Shown piece after piece: positions 1 through 13,000 of a DNA stretch of 64,000 nt (within the stretch, counting starts at the first letter, position 1; every line of letters starts with the position of its first letter). Below the pieces are notes generated by a model, which did no database searches, had not been told where the DNA came from, and saw only the letters and a list, made by a program, of their open reading frames with translations. Origin of the DNA: Chrysomallon squamiferum (Eukaryota; Animalia; Mollusca); contig CM022673.1 of the NCBI GenBank assembly GCA_012295275.1, positions 3,224,001 through 3,288,000 on the forward strand, in the 5' to 3' direction. The position numbers were made by a program, and so were the translations under genes.

Positions 1-569
1 AATCATAATCAAGTGAAAAAAATAGATTTTTGGGTCCTGGAAATGTTTTTGATTAGTTTTGGTATCTTCCCAAGACACACACACGATCCTCTATGTTATT
101 TTAATGTTTGTTGGCAAGTATTGTATTATTGTTTTGAGTAATTGATATTGTTTATAAATTTATTTATATACTTTTTAAGTATACATATAATAGATATATA
201 CATTTTCTGATGGAATATTTAAATTTTGTAATATATTTTTGAGCGATTAAATTGAATCAAGTGTTGAACTGTTCTTTGTGGTGTAGATAATTTAAAAATT
301 AAACTTTTCAGGAATTAATTAAAAACTTGATTATTATTTATTTAGGCAGTGTGGTAATGCTGTTATTGTTCTTCCGATTCTTATAAATATTACTGAAAGT
401 GTTGGTTTGAATTTAAAAAAGTAAATCTGATGTATCAGATTCCATTTTAAGAATGGATTCTAGACACTCGGGTTAATTGTGGAATTTTCTCTTGCATAAA
501 ATATTTTAACAACAACCAACAAACTGAAACTAAAAATAAAAATGCAACAAAACATTTCATTATTTACAA

Positions 570-575
570 TTTATT
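570..575 (-). terminator. Candidate SF3B1 polyadenylation signal (AATAAA)
   Basis: AATAAA on the minus strand followed by a GT/T-rich tract (ttgttggttgttg). Several other AATAAA copies occur at about 1040-1170, so the real site is uncertain. Confidence 0.35.
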
Positions 576-1823
576 ACAAAAAAAAACTGACAAAAAAAAA
601 CTGACAACATGAGCTGCATACAAACTTATGTACACACTGAACAATATTAATGTGATGAAATGTACATAAAGATTATAGGAATAGACAATGCTGGAAAATA
701 ATAAAAAAAACAAAAACAAAACAACATCCATGACATTAACATTTCATGGGCAGATGGCCATAATTATTTATAATATTAACATTTACCTAAACTATACAAA
801 AGCAAGTTGGATTTTAAAAAAATCAAAATAAATTACTGAGTAAATTCTAAGGATTTATTAGTTTTGTGTGATATTTTCATGTGCCGAAGTTGTAGTGCTG
901 AATGTAATACTTTTAGTAAATCTGAAACACAATGGGAAGGACGAGAAACAGATTTGTCCTAATTCAAGAATGATATCACCAAAATAAAATAAAAATTCTT
1001 CTTTATATTAAGTATAGTTTCAGCATATTGCTCAAGCTTTATTTATAACATCTCCCAGCACATTAATAATATGGACACTTATGAGTGAAAAATATTTGCA
1101 AAACTATTAAGTTGAAAAGTCTTTATTTTAATTTTATTCCCCGTTTATTAATATTTATACCAGCCATTTTATTAGAAATACATATCAGTCACTTACAAAT
1201 TACAAAATATTCCATCATATATTAATTATCACTCGCATAAACAGCAACAAGAAATTCAGTGGATGTTATGTATGATAATCATCAAACCAATTAATTCTTC
1301 TTTTTGTTTTAAAACTTACAACATAAAATAAAATTTAGATAAACAAGTAATGAAATGAGTGAAGTTTTTAACTGAAAGAAACACTAATGAAATGTTTTTG
1401 TTAGGAGATGAATGAATGATTATTTATGATAAAATAACTTGTTGCAATATTTGTTTGTAAGCAATGATACCTTAAGCCTCACTCTCAATCTGACGAACTT
1501 GCTATTTTACAAAATTTAAAGGCGCCATCATGAAGTAATTCAAGTAAATTCGTCTTCAACTGTCATTTGTAAGCTTATAGATGACGATCACATATATATA
1601 TATATACTTCATATTATTTTACACTGTCTTTTTTCTGTTTTAATCACAACAGAAACCTAATTGTGTGGTAATAACTAAATTTAGCAAAGAATAACTAAGA
1701 TGATAACCTGAACAAAAATACCTAGCAGCACTGTTGGCACCAAAAAAATATTAATCTTTTTCCAGACACTGAAATTCCTCAACATTTATAACTACACTTA
1801 AATAAAAATGATAAAGAAACATT

Positions 1824-1982
1824 TTACAAGACATAATCCAGTTCATATCGAATATACTGATTTTTAACATCGTTGGAAATACGAGGATATGCTGGAATCA
1901 TGCCGTCCTGTGCACCAATATACACAGTGTTGTATACCTTCCAATAAACATCTCGCACTTTCCGAGCTGGGTGGAACAAACC
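1824..1982 (-). CDS. SF3B1: SF3B1 exon 21 (terminal coding part)
   Basis: ttttcag|GGT; [55 protein letters not shown]. Confidence 0.96.
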   Translation of the reverse strand, partial: GLFHPARKVRDVYWKVYNTVYIGAQDGMIPAYPRISNDVKNQYIRYELDYVL

Positions 1983-4027
1983 CTGAAAAAGCAGAATAAT
2001 GAATGTTTACCTGTTAAGTGTATTAGGTACTTCTGCAAAAAAAAAAAAAAAAAAAAAAAAATCCACGACCATTCCAAATGTATGAAACAAAGCCCGTTAC
2101 TTTGTACACTGAAAATGAGAAGCATATGAATAAACAATTAATAGGTGAAAAGTAAGATTTAAAAAAAGAAACAAAAGTAGAAAACATATTTTCTATTGGC
2201 ATACTAAAAATTACAATAACTCATGGAAACTGCTTGATACAGACAATATAACATAATACTGACACACCCTCCCAAAATAAAAGGAAGGAACTGTACGTAA
2301 AATATTTTAAAAACAAAAATAAAAACAGTCGACAGAACACCAATTACCTGCAGTGTGTACTGTAAGATCTTTGATGGACCAATAGCCACTCTGAGACCTT
2401 CAATGGCACCCATGAAAGCTTGCACAACATGAGGTGATGACTCGAAGATGTTAGGCCAAACGTAATTGAGGAGGTGAGTTAAAGCATCTTCACAACCAAA
2501 ACCATACACACCAAGAGCCATATGCTGAATAGCAGCCATTGATGTCTGTCTGTGCACCAGATCTCTGAAGTAATAGAGTACACTTAGTATGAAGCTAAGA
2601 GAATATTATCAAAATATTAAGATCAATCGTGATGGAATGATTAGCTTAAAAATATTGCTTTATAATTAGCTATTTCATATGAATGGTTCTTAGAAACATG
2701 AAATAAATATGCAGAATGAAACATGAGAGCTCAGATAAAAGGTAAATCCAATTTAGAAAGCCAACACAAAAAAATAAAAAAATAAAAAAAATAAACCATC
2801 AAGAGATTATTTAAACCAATAATTTTTTTAATATCAAGTAACTACCAAAAACTTACCTATCCATAAGGGCATCTTCAAACAGAGGTGAAACAGCATAGAT
2901 ATAATCTTTTCCCATCTCACCAATGTACTCAAACATGAAGGAGAGAGATTTGAGCACACCATTCTGTACGTTGAGTTCTGGAACCCTGTATTCGTTCATC
3001 AGAGCAGGCAGTACAGTGAATGGTGAACACGTCTCGGCTACAATAGCAATGGCCACAGTTGTACAAACACGGTTCTGTCGTTCCTGAACTTTCAAGTTAT
3101 TTAACAGAGTGGCCAGAACATCGTGTGGGCTGAAAAACAGAACAGATAAAATGTATTTATATACTGTACAAGTAAATAGAGTATAATAATAGTTTTGATA
3201 ATTGTTATTAATTATTTCAGATAATAATGACAATAATGAGTAGATTATAAATCATAATGGACACTCATGTAATAAAATTAAAAGACGAGTGTATAAATAA
3301 AATTTTAATTACTTAAATCATGTCTAATACATAAATAATAACAAACCTGAAATACAGATGCAATTTTAATAGTTCTCATTATTAATCTGAACATTCATTC
3401 TCATTATGAACCATAAATAATAAAATACAAAAAACCCTCAAAACACCACTTTAATTCTCCCATTATCTTTAAAATGCAGAAGAACAATAATAACATTAAT
3501 AAAAATAGTTATACTCTATGTATTAACAAAGTTTGTATTTCTTTTACCCAATGGCTTTAGCAATGTAACCAAATGTGTTAACAGTTGCTCTCCTGATGGC
3601 TTTTTTGTGTGCTTTGAGAAGTTCCAGAAGTTCAAAACAGATTCTCATCCACTCTCGGGCAGACACAAACTCAGCGCCTCGGTCAGCAATTCGACCAACC
3701 AAGTCAATACAGTTTTCTTGTACCTTCTCATGTCTGAAACATAAGCAGATAAATTTATTTAAAACATTGGTCAGAACAAAATGAATAGAAAATTACAAAC
3801 TCTAATTATTAAGTCATGGTAATAACAATGAAAATTCAAAGATTATTATTTACAGATTTTGTGGCATGTTTTTTTCCCCACCCACAGTAATGCTAACAAT
3901 TTAAAAATAAACTATGAAGAGGACATTAAATTCAGTCCTTTAAGTTTGATCTTCAGTCAATATTGTCAGGTAATAATTAAAAACCAAGGTTTAAAAGCTT
4001 TCAAATTATCTCTAAAACTGTACTGAC

Positions 4028-4075
<48 letters not shown>

Positions 4076-7000
4076 AGCCAAAAAAAAAGCAACAATATTA
4101 TAAAAAAAATAATAATAATCTTTATACGTAGTTTTAAACCTAAAGCAGATTTTACAATAAGATACCATAATAACTGAAAAATAAGACATCAGCTGTTACT
4201 TTTTAATGAGCACATAATAAATAAATAAAACATTCATTCTGGAAACCAGTGTTCTATTATACTGGTCATTAAAATTCTGTATTATTAAAGGACACAAATT
4301 CTTCAGCACCAACCTGTTTTTCAAGATGGGTGTCAACCGTGGCAGCAGATCTTTGATGGGTGGTGTCATCTTTGTCATACCAATGACATTTACAATGCCT
4401 TTCAGAGCACCAAGTATTGAACCAAGTACCTCTGGGTATTCCTCTCCTAGGTACTCATACAAGACCACACCCAAGTGACCCATCAATTTTTCCTGTAGGA
4501 ATGATAGAATATAATACTATTAAAAATCAAGAATTAAACACATAACCTTTAGCCATCACAACAATCAATGTATCATCTGGATATATGGACAAAGGTGGGG
4601 TGGAAAAAAAGAAGAAAAAAAAGGAAACATTCCCATTCAGAAAACCAAAAATTTAACAAAACTGAAAGTAAGGGGATTTAGATTTTTTTTTTTTTTTTCG
4701 ACTTCCCATAACAACAACAATGACAGGCTGCAAAATATAATCTTCAGAATAAAGAGACTTTTGAAAAATGTTCTCACCTCTTGGCATGTTTTCATTACAA
4801 TAGCAATTCTTGAAATGAGGTCAGCAGCTTGTTGTCTGACCTTGGCTGACTTGTTGTTCAGTCGCCACAGAATTGTACCACAGATCTGAGGCAGATATGG
4901 CTTTACCCGTTTTCCCAGTGCATTGATAACTGTTCCAAAACCATTCAGCATCACTACATCCTGTAAAAACACAAAGATTAATGTGTTTTTTTTTCTTTAA
5001 ATAAACACAAACAATTACAAAATGTATCAATACAGCTGATAAAAAATGCAGTAAGACAACACATCAGAATCACTGCTGAATTTTTCTTAATATATCTGAA
5101 ATAAAAACTATTTCAAGAGCTGGTGTCTAAATCAGAGATCAAAATAAATAAAATTTAAATTTAAATTTAATTACTTCCTACATCAGTAAAAAAAAAAAAA
5201 AAAGAAGTAAAAACAGAAAAGCAAAAACCAATTTTAAATATTTCACATTGCAATTGTCAGAACACAATGTAAAATGAAAAAACTGAATTAAAGACTAGTT
5301 ATTTCCTACCTCAGTAGTCTGTTCCTGGAAGGCGTACAGGATGCCATCAATAAGCTGTTCCTCCAGACGGGAGTCAATATCTGCAGCCCCGAGGTTGGCT
5401 ATGATCTTCTCTATTGTCTCCATCACCATCTTACGATACTGTTCTGCTTCATCCTTCAGGTCATCAACCACTCGGCCGACAATCTCAGCTGCCCCGACTT
5501 TGTTAGCTATTTCAACTGTTGTGTCAACAAGCTGGTAATAAAATTTAGAAAATTTAAATACAGAAAATACTGGCATTTGTATGTCGGGAATTTAATACGA
5601 ATGAAGTGAAATGAAATTCTGGCTAAACTGTAAACATGCTACAGATTGCAAAAATCAGGTTTAAATTTTAAAATAGATAGTACTGCAATTTGAGAAAATT
5701 AAATATATCCAGAATAGTTTTAAAAAATTCTAAGTGTTTACCTGTCGGTAATTTCTACGATCCAGAGCCATTCTTTGGTTCCAGAAATGTTTGAAAAATG
5801 CTGGCAAGATTTCATCTTTGATATACTGTGGTTCGACACCATCTGTAGCACAGCACTGCTTCACCACCTACAACAACAGCATTCTCTATAGTTTATGCAT
5901 TATGCATGTAACTAACAATATCTTTGTTACACATGTCTCGTTAATAATAATTTTAAAAATAAACAATTTTAGTTACATCAGACCTCTGCAAACACAACGA
6001 ATGCAATGTGAAGAAATGCAACAAACACTTTTGAAAATTAGCTTCAGGAAAATCAAACTAAATATCAAAAGTATCACTGAAACCTCAGTCACAGGAATGT
6101 CTAAACTTTGATAAAATAATTTAACATTAAATTTCGCCTGCCTCAGAGGTAGTGACGAAATGAGTTGTACATCAAAGTATTTCAGTCAGGTAAAATGCTT
6201 ACATCACTGGCAGCAGAAAAACACAGAAATTTAATATAATTGTTATTTCTAATTTATGTCTACCCAAAAAGTCCATTACTTAAAACAAACCTGTCAGGAA
6301 AACTGTAAAGTGATTTTTGATACATACTGTTTACATAAAAATTTTGAAGCAGTCTGACAGAAAGTTAATTTTACTGTTATGTTGTTTTAAGGAAGTCACC
6401 CACCTTTAAAACAATCTTCTTCATTTCTTCATCAGGAGACTGAAACTCACGGATGAGGATCAACATCACTTCCCTGGTGTAGTAATTAGCATACTCAGCA
6501 TCCATCAAAGGAATCAAATAACCAATAGCTTTCAAGAAAGCTGCCAAACCCTGTCAATTAAAAAACATTAAATATTTTATACTTGTATTATTTAGAATTT
6601 TTTTTAAATTATCCATTCCATCTTTTGAAATAAATATATACATGTCTTTGGTATAAGATACTAACCATACAACTTTATGAAAAAAATTTTTTTTTTTGTC
6701 TTCAAAGAAATCAACTGCATAAATTTAGTTCACAATCTTTTTGTAATATACGTATCAATACACACACACATATATGTACCTTGTTCTAAGTGATGGAAGA
6801 TGATTACTTCTCTTATAGTCAAATATATGCATTATGAATAATGATCCAGTAATGTATTTTATTTCTGATTAAAGATGCCTACCTTGCCTCTGTGCTGTCT
6901 GATACCCTTCCACAGTGGTTTCAGCACACTGTCAAATGACTCAATGCCGTATGGAGTAGCTGCTTCAGCTAAAGCAGCCAGAGCCAGGGCAGTAATAGTT

Positions 7001-10000
7001 CTAACTTTCTGCTGTTCATCAACCAGTCCTATTTAAAACAAAACAAAAATTCTACAGTTTAAAACAAAATAGAATATAGTCAAAATGGATGTTGTAATTT
7101 TTCAAGCATTCAGTAGTATCTTAATTTTTAACATTTGAAGTACACAGAAACAAAATGCTGCATATACATAATGGAAAGTTTCATTTGTATCAGCCTCTGT
7201 GTGGACTTGTATTAATTTTTCTTTTTAAGCTATTTAATTTGCACTTAATTTGAATTTTTCTTTCCCTTTTGTATTTATTACACCAAATATTTAAGTGAGA
7301 GAAAAATGGGAACCAAAAATAATTCCTATTTAAATACCGGAACAGCAATGGATAATGAAAATAAAAATGTATTTATTATTAAATATAAATAAATATCTAA
7401 CTGAAAAAATATGCCTCTATCTAATTCTGATCAAGAATATAAATGACAAACAGTAAAAAATATCAATATCTTTGGAAACTTAGAAATTATTTTTAAAAAA
7501 TCATTACAAACCATGTTCAATAATCTCCACCAAACTCTTCAAGTGAGGCAAAATGGCACAGCCCATTAGGATGGCAATCTGCTGCACAATCTTGATTCCT
7601 GTGTGCCTAGCCTGCCACGACTTTTTGCTCTTGCACACAGCTTTCAAGAAGGGAAGGAGTGACGGTATACCCAGGGCTGAAGCAACCACAGCAAAAGCAC
7701 GAGCTGTCGTGTTACGGACGTACTCATCCATGTTGTCAATGTCTGGCCTCATTGTGGAGATCATAGTGGCAAGACCTGCAGCCTGAACAACAAAAATTAC
7801 AATGACAATAACAATACCAATAGTGGTAACAGAAGTAATAATATTAATAATTGTAACCATAATAATAATGATAATAAGAAGAATATCAATAACAGTAATA
7901 ATTATTGTAATATTAATTGCAAAAATTATAAGAATTAAAAAAAGAGAATGTATTCAATTTTTTACTCAGTGTGTAATTTCAAACTGAAATGTTAAAACAT
8001 TAACACTTATTCAAATTTGAAAACTTAGAAAAGTAACAGTCAGAAAACCTTTGGCATGAAACTGTAAAATCAGTACCATACTAATTTACTCTAAAACATT
8101 CAGAAATAAAATATTCAACATCTGTTATTTGGCACCAGGCAATATTGTCAAAATATACTAAAAAAAAAGGAAAACATCATTTGTTTGAATAATCATAAAA
8201 AATTGTTACCTTTGCCAAATTTGAGATGATTTCTCGACCTTCAACTCGAGCATAGTAATCTTCATCAATCAACAGAGGTTCAATGACAACCAGTATCTTG
8301 TGTACGTAGGGTCGCACCAAGTCATCGAGCTTGTACAGAATTCTGTCAATGACCTTGACCAACAGATGCCTCTCCTGGTCTTCGAGAGTTGGTGACATCA
8401 GCAAAGGTAGAATCTGATTGAAGAGTGGACCAGCACCAAATTCTCGGGCTTTGTCAGTGATTTGTCGAAGAGCAGCCTACAAAACAAAAAAGATTTATAA
8501 AAAAAAAAATAAAAAAATGTTTGTGGTGAAAATGAAATCCTGTTTACCTTCCACTCTTTAACAAAGTTAATGGCATGCTACTGCAGGCGTATCAATGGTT
8601 CATACAAAACATCATTATCAGTGAACAATTCTGATACAAAATCTTTTTTTTTTTTTTTTTTTATCTCTACACAGTCTTCAACAATCATATAACTTCAAAA
8701 TTAATTAAAAGAAAATTATACCAAATTCTGCAAAGCAAGACACTGTTACAGTGTGATAAATTTGAATTTTTTTTTAAATTCTCACAGTTTTTAGAGGAAT
8801 TTTTTAAAATAAATTTATACTGATTTATAACAAGATGTAAAACAGGTTGTCACCTTTCTCATTGGAGGTGTTCCATTCTTGATTTTCAGCAGAAGCTTCA
8901 TGATCTTTCTTTCTTTCTGTTCTTCTGGGGTCAAACTTTCTTCATCTACATCCACCTAAAAAAGAATAAAATGGCCCGACACTAATAATGTATATCTCAG
9001 TATCAGTATAAAATATTCTATAGATAATAAATTTATTTGAAATTAAATATCTTTACTTTTAAAGTATAAAATAATATCAAACAATCCACAAAAATATTTA
9101 TTTATTTTGTTTTCTTTTAATAAAATTCTCATAAAACAATGAATTAAACAAATATATAAAAAATAAAAAAATAAAAATTACCAGAAGTTTATCAAAGTAT
9201 TGCATGTCATCCGGTTTCATCATGGGCAAATTTCCTTTCGGCTGCATGTCAACAATTTCTGTTTTTCTGTCTGGGGTCTGCATGCGGAATCCAGCTGGAG
9301 TCCCTGCCATGGGTGTGGGTGTTGCAATAAGCTTCCGAGCTGGAGTCCTGATAGGAACATAGCCTGCAGGTGGTTGCAAAACCTGAAGAAAAGAATAATA
9401 TGAAAGTATAACATATCTGCAAATACACAACGATAGTTTCAGCTAAACAATTTTTTTTTTTTTTCTAAATTCCCTTGGTAAACTGATACTGGTTTTAAAC
9501 AGATTTGTTCTACAGTGGTGCATATTATGAAATTTTAAAGCAAAAAAAATTAATCAGTCTTTACTAATAGATGCAAGGCTTGTAAAATTTGCTTTCTCTA
9601 TTGATAATAACATGAAAAAAAAAATATGAAAAAGTCATGCAATTGTGATCCAAAACACTTTTAAAAATAATCACCCAGCAACAGTTGACTGGAAATTTAA
9701 TTATATATCCTTTAATTAATTTTTACAAAAATGAATTATCTACCTTGTAGCCAGGTGGAAACATGCTGTCAAGTTCATCGTCACTCATTGGTCTGTTTCT
9801 TTCATCAATTTCTCTCTGCCAGGTGTAAGCCTGCAGCTGCTCAGGGGTCATGGACATCAGATGACCTGGAGTGGGGGTTGCCATATTCATAGCTTTGACT
9901 CCTGTTGGAGTTGTCCCACTAGGAGTGAAGCCGCCAGGGGTAAATCCGCCTGGAGTTAATCCACCTGGTGTCATCTGGCTAGGAGTGTGACCTCCTGGGG

Positions 10001-13000
10001 TATGTCCACCTGGGGTCAAACTAGGAGTTGCCCCTCCAGGGGTCATAGAAGGTGTCATTGCACTAGGAGTGGCTGCACCAGGAGTTTCATCCCATCGAGA
10101 TCTCCTTTTGCTGGCTGTTGGGGTTGGAGTGCTTTCTATCAAGTCACCCCCTCGATCAGTTCTTGGCGTCTCAGCCCAACCACTGCCATGTCCAGGTGTA
10201 CCATGACCTGGAGTAGCATGGCCTGGTGTTTCTGATAATACAAATAAATAAATAAATAAATAAATAAAAAATTACAGTAAACCCAAACAGGATGATATTA
10301 TTCTGTAAAATGCAGTAATATAAATTTATATATTTTCCTTTAACAGGGAAAAAAAAAAAAAAAAAAAAAAAAAAATAATGAAATGCTTTACTTATCAAAG
10401 AACTAGTTTTTAAATTAGTTATATTATCCATGGTCAGTATGAAAGAAAAGTATTAGAAATCACTGTTAATCACACCTCTTTCAGTCCTAGGTGTTTCATC
10501 CCATCTGTTTCTCCTAGCACTAGGAGTGGGCTGATGGCCAGGAGTACCGTCACTGCGAACTGGTGTAGCCATTCCAGGAGTTGCATGACCTGGAGTTGTG
10601 TCCCACTGTCTAGTGCTGCCACCAGGTGTAGCTCCAGGTGTCTGTTCTCCCTTGGATCGACCTGGGGTCTCATCCCATCTGCTGTTGGACGGTGTGCCTC
10701 CTGCTTCTGCTGCATCCCAGGAAGATGATTTCTTCTTGGCAGGGACGTCTTCCTGCTTGCTCATGTCCCATCTCTTCCGTTTTCTTTCTGGCATTTTCTG
10801 ATTAGCATCTCCACTGGCACCGTTCACAGCTCGAAGGTCTCCTGACTTGGCCTTCTCTGACATCTGCTTACGAAGTCCAGCCTAATAAAAATAATAGAAG
10901 AAATTTTTTTTTATTACAAGATGAAAGAAATGAAAAAAATTCGACTAAAGTGTTCAAGAAACAAAATAACAGTAAACCTACAAAACAAATAGATCTCTAT
11001 TACAGTTTACATGTAATGGTGTCAAAAAAAATATTTCATGCTTGTTTTCTAAAGTATTTTATTGAAGTATCATCTTTGTACATTACAATGTTTTATTTCA
11101 AGCTATTTCGTCAGCACCATAGTACACATACAGAAATATAGAACTATTTACAGTATAATCATTTCACTGCAACACCTTTCTTAGTGTTTTTTTCATAATG
11201 ATTTTTAACCAACATACCTGCTCCTTCCCCAGCTGCAACTCCGTCATAACATCTGCATAGGTTCTGGCATTCAACTTGGCATCAGGAGTTTTGCCACCTT
11301 CAAAAGAAAGAAGAAATAGTCACGACAAAATGTCGTGACATTTAAAAAACTTGAGTATGTTGAATAAATTTCTTTATTCTTTACTTGCATATCAGATATG
11401 CACCATCATTTATCCCCAAAAGAAATACATGCATTCTCATTCTTATAAAAGTACTCCTACATTAATATAAATTAATTATAAAACAGTAAACTTAAAGCTT
11501 GGTCTGTAGAAGCTGAGATATTTTTTCTAATAAGTAAGTTTGATTTTTGGACATTTTTCTTCTCATTTTTAAAAAAAAACAAAAAACACAAATGAATATG
11601 GGGACAATATATTAAATTGCTGCATGCATACAGAAGACAAGATCACAATTTTTATGGTAATGGGCACCACAAGAAAAGTAAATATTACTGTCATCTTCAA
11701 CAAACCTATGCTTTAAGAATTCACAAGTTAAAAAGTAATCAATGCATGTATTTCAATGGGCTTGGACAGAAATCAAACACTTAAATAAAATGAAAAATAA
11801 TTATTTGCTATTTCTGCAACATTTTTGCAATTATTAACAAGTGTCCAAAGTTCTTAGTTCATGAACTTTTAAGTTTTAACTTAGATGTTTTTTTCTTTCC
11901 AATATGCCAGAGTTAACATTCTGTTGTAACTAATATTATCTTAAATATATATCAATAGCTAACTGCTATTAGTTTTTTTTCCCGTTTTCTAGGGTGACAG
12001 TATTTTGTTAATTTATTTAATAATAAAAACAAAATAATAAAATAAATAAAATACATAAAAAAAGAAAAATTAAGTAGATCATAATGATAATTAATTTTTT
12101 TGGGGGGAATTAGAAAAATATAAATAAATAAAAATAAGAATTCAAATTCAACAATTCAAAAACTAACAAACTTTAGACATCTTTGTCATATTGCTCATCT
12201 ATCGAATACAAAAGAGAGAAAAACATTTAAATAAAAAATTCAAGAAATTTAATAATTTTTTATTGAACAATGAATCAAGTGTTGATTTCCATCCAAAATG
12301 GACAGTAAATATGACAAATATAAATTTGTTCATACACAAATTACGTACGTGCCAGGTCTTCAGGCCCCTCTCTCCAGACATCACTCTGCATAATAAGACA
12401 TCGCTAATCCTAAAATTAGTCTCAAATTAGTGCAGTTCGCCCACACATTTATATCATTCACGTTCACAACAGTTAAATTAAAACAACTAAATTCCTGTTC
12501 TACTGTACTCATTTCTTTACCACCAGATCTTGTTAACTATTGGGGACATTATTGAAACATGAAAAATAAATAACAAAAATAATGATACTAATAATCTTGC
12601 AGTAATATTGAAAAGATCAATGAGCCTAACCGAATCTTAGATGATAACAGCTAATATTAAACAGAACATTTTTTTGTGGAAAGATAAAATTATTTTATTA
12701 TTAGGATACTGATAAAATTATTTAAGGAACAAAAGGAAGTCAGCATTTTAGAAAACAACTTCAGAAAACAAAAGGAAAATAAGTATATCTTTAAAAATAT
12801 TTTTTATGAAATCAGTCATTATTTTTTCTAAAGCTCGTTTTCTTATAGTGCAAAGAATACAACCTTATTAAAGTACAGATAAAACTGTTTTATGGATTTT
12901 GTTTTAAATTTTTAATTCAGATTATAATTTAAGGTCTTGAAAAATTGCATGTTCCCGATCAAATTGTACTTTCACTGACTGTAAAACAATTCAACAGCTT

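Noticed and set aside
3548-7782. Natural variants at SF3B1 cancer hotspots or the pladienolide pocket
   Set aside because: Residues equivalent to E622, R625, H662, K666, K700, G742, K1071, R1074 and V1078 all read as wild type.
3575-10801. Plus-strand ORFs overlapping SF3B1 exons
   Set aside because: They are antisense shadows of coding exons.
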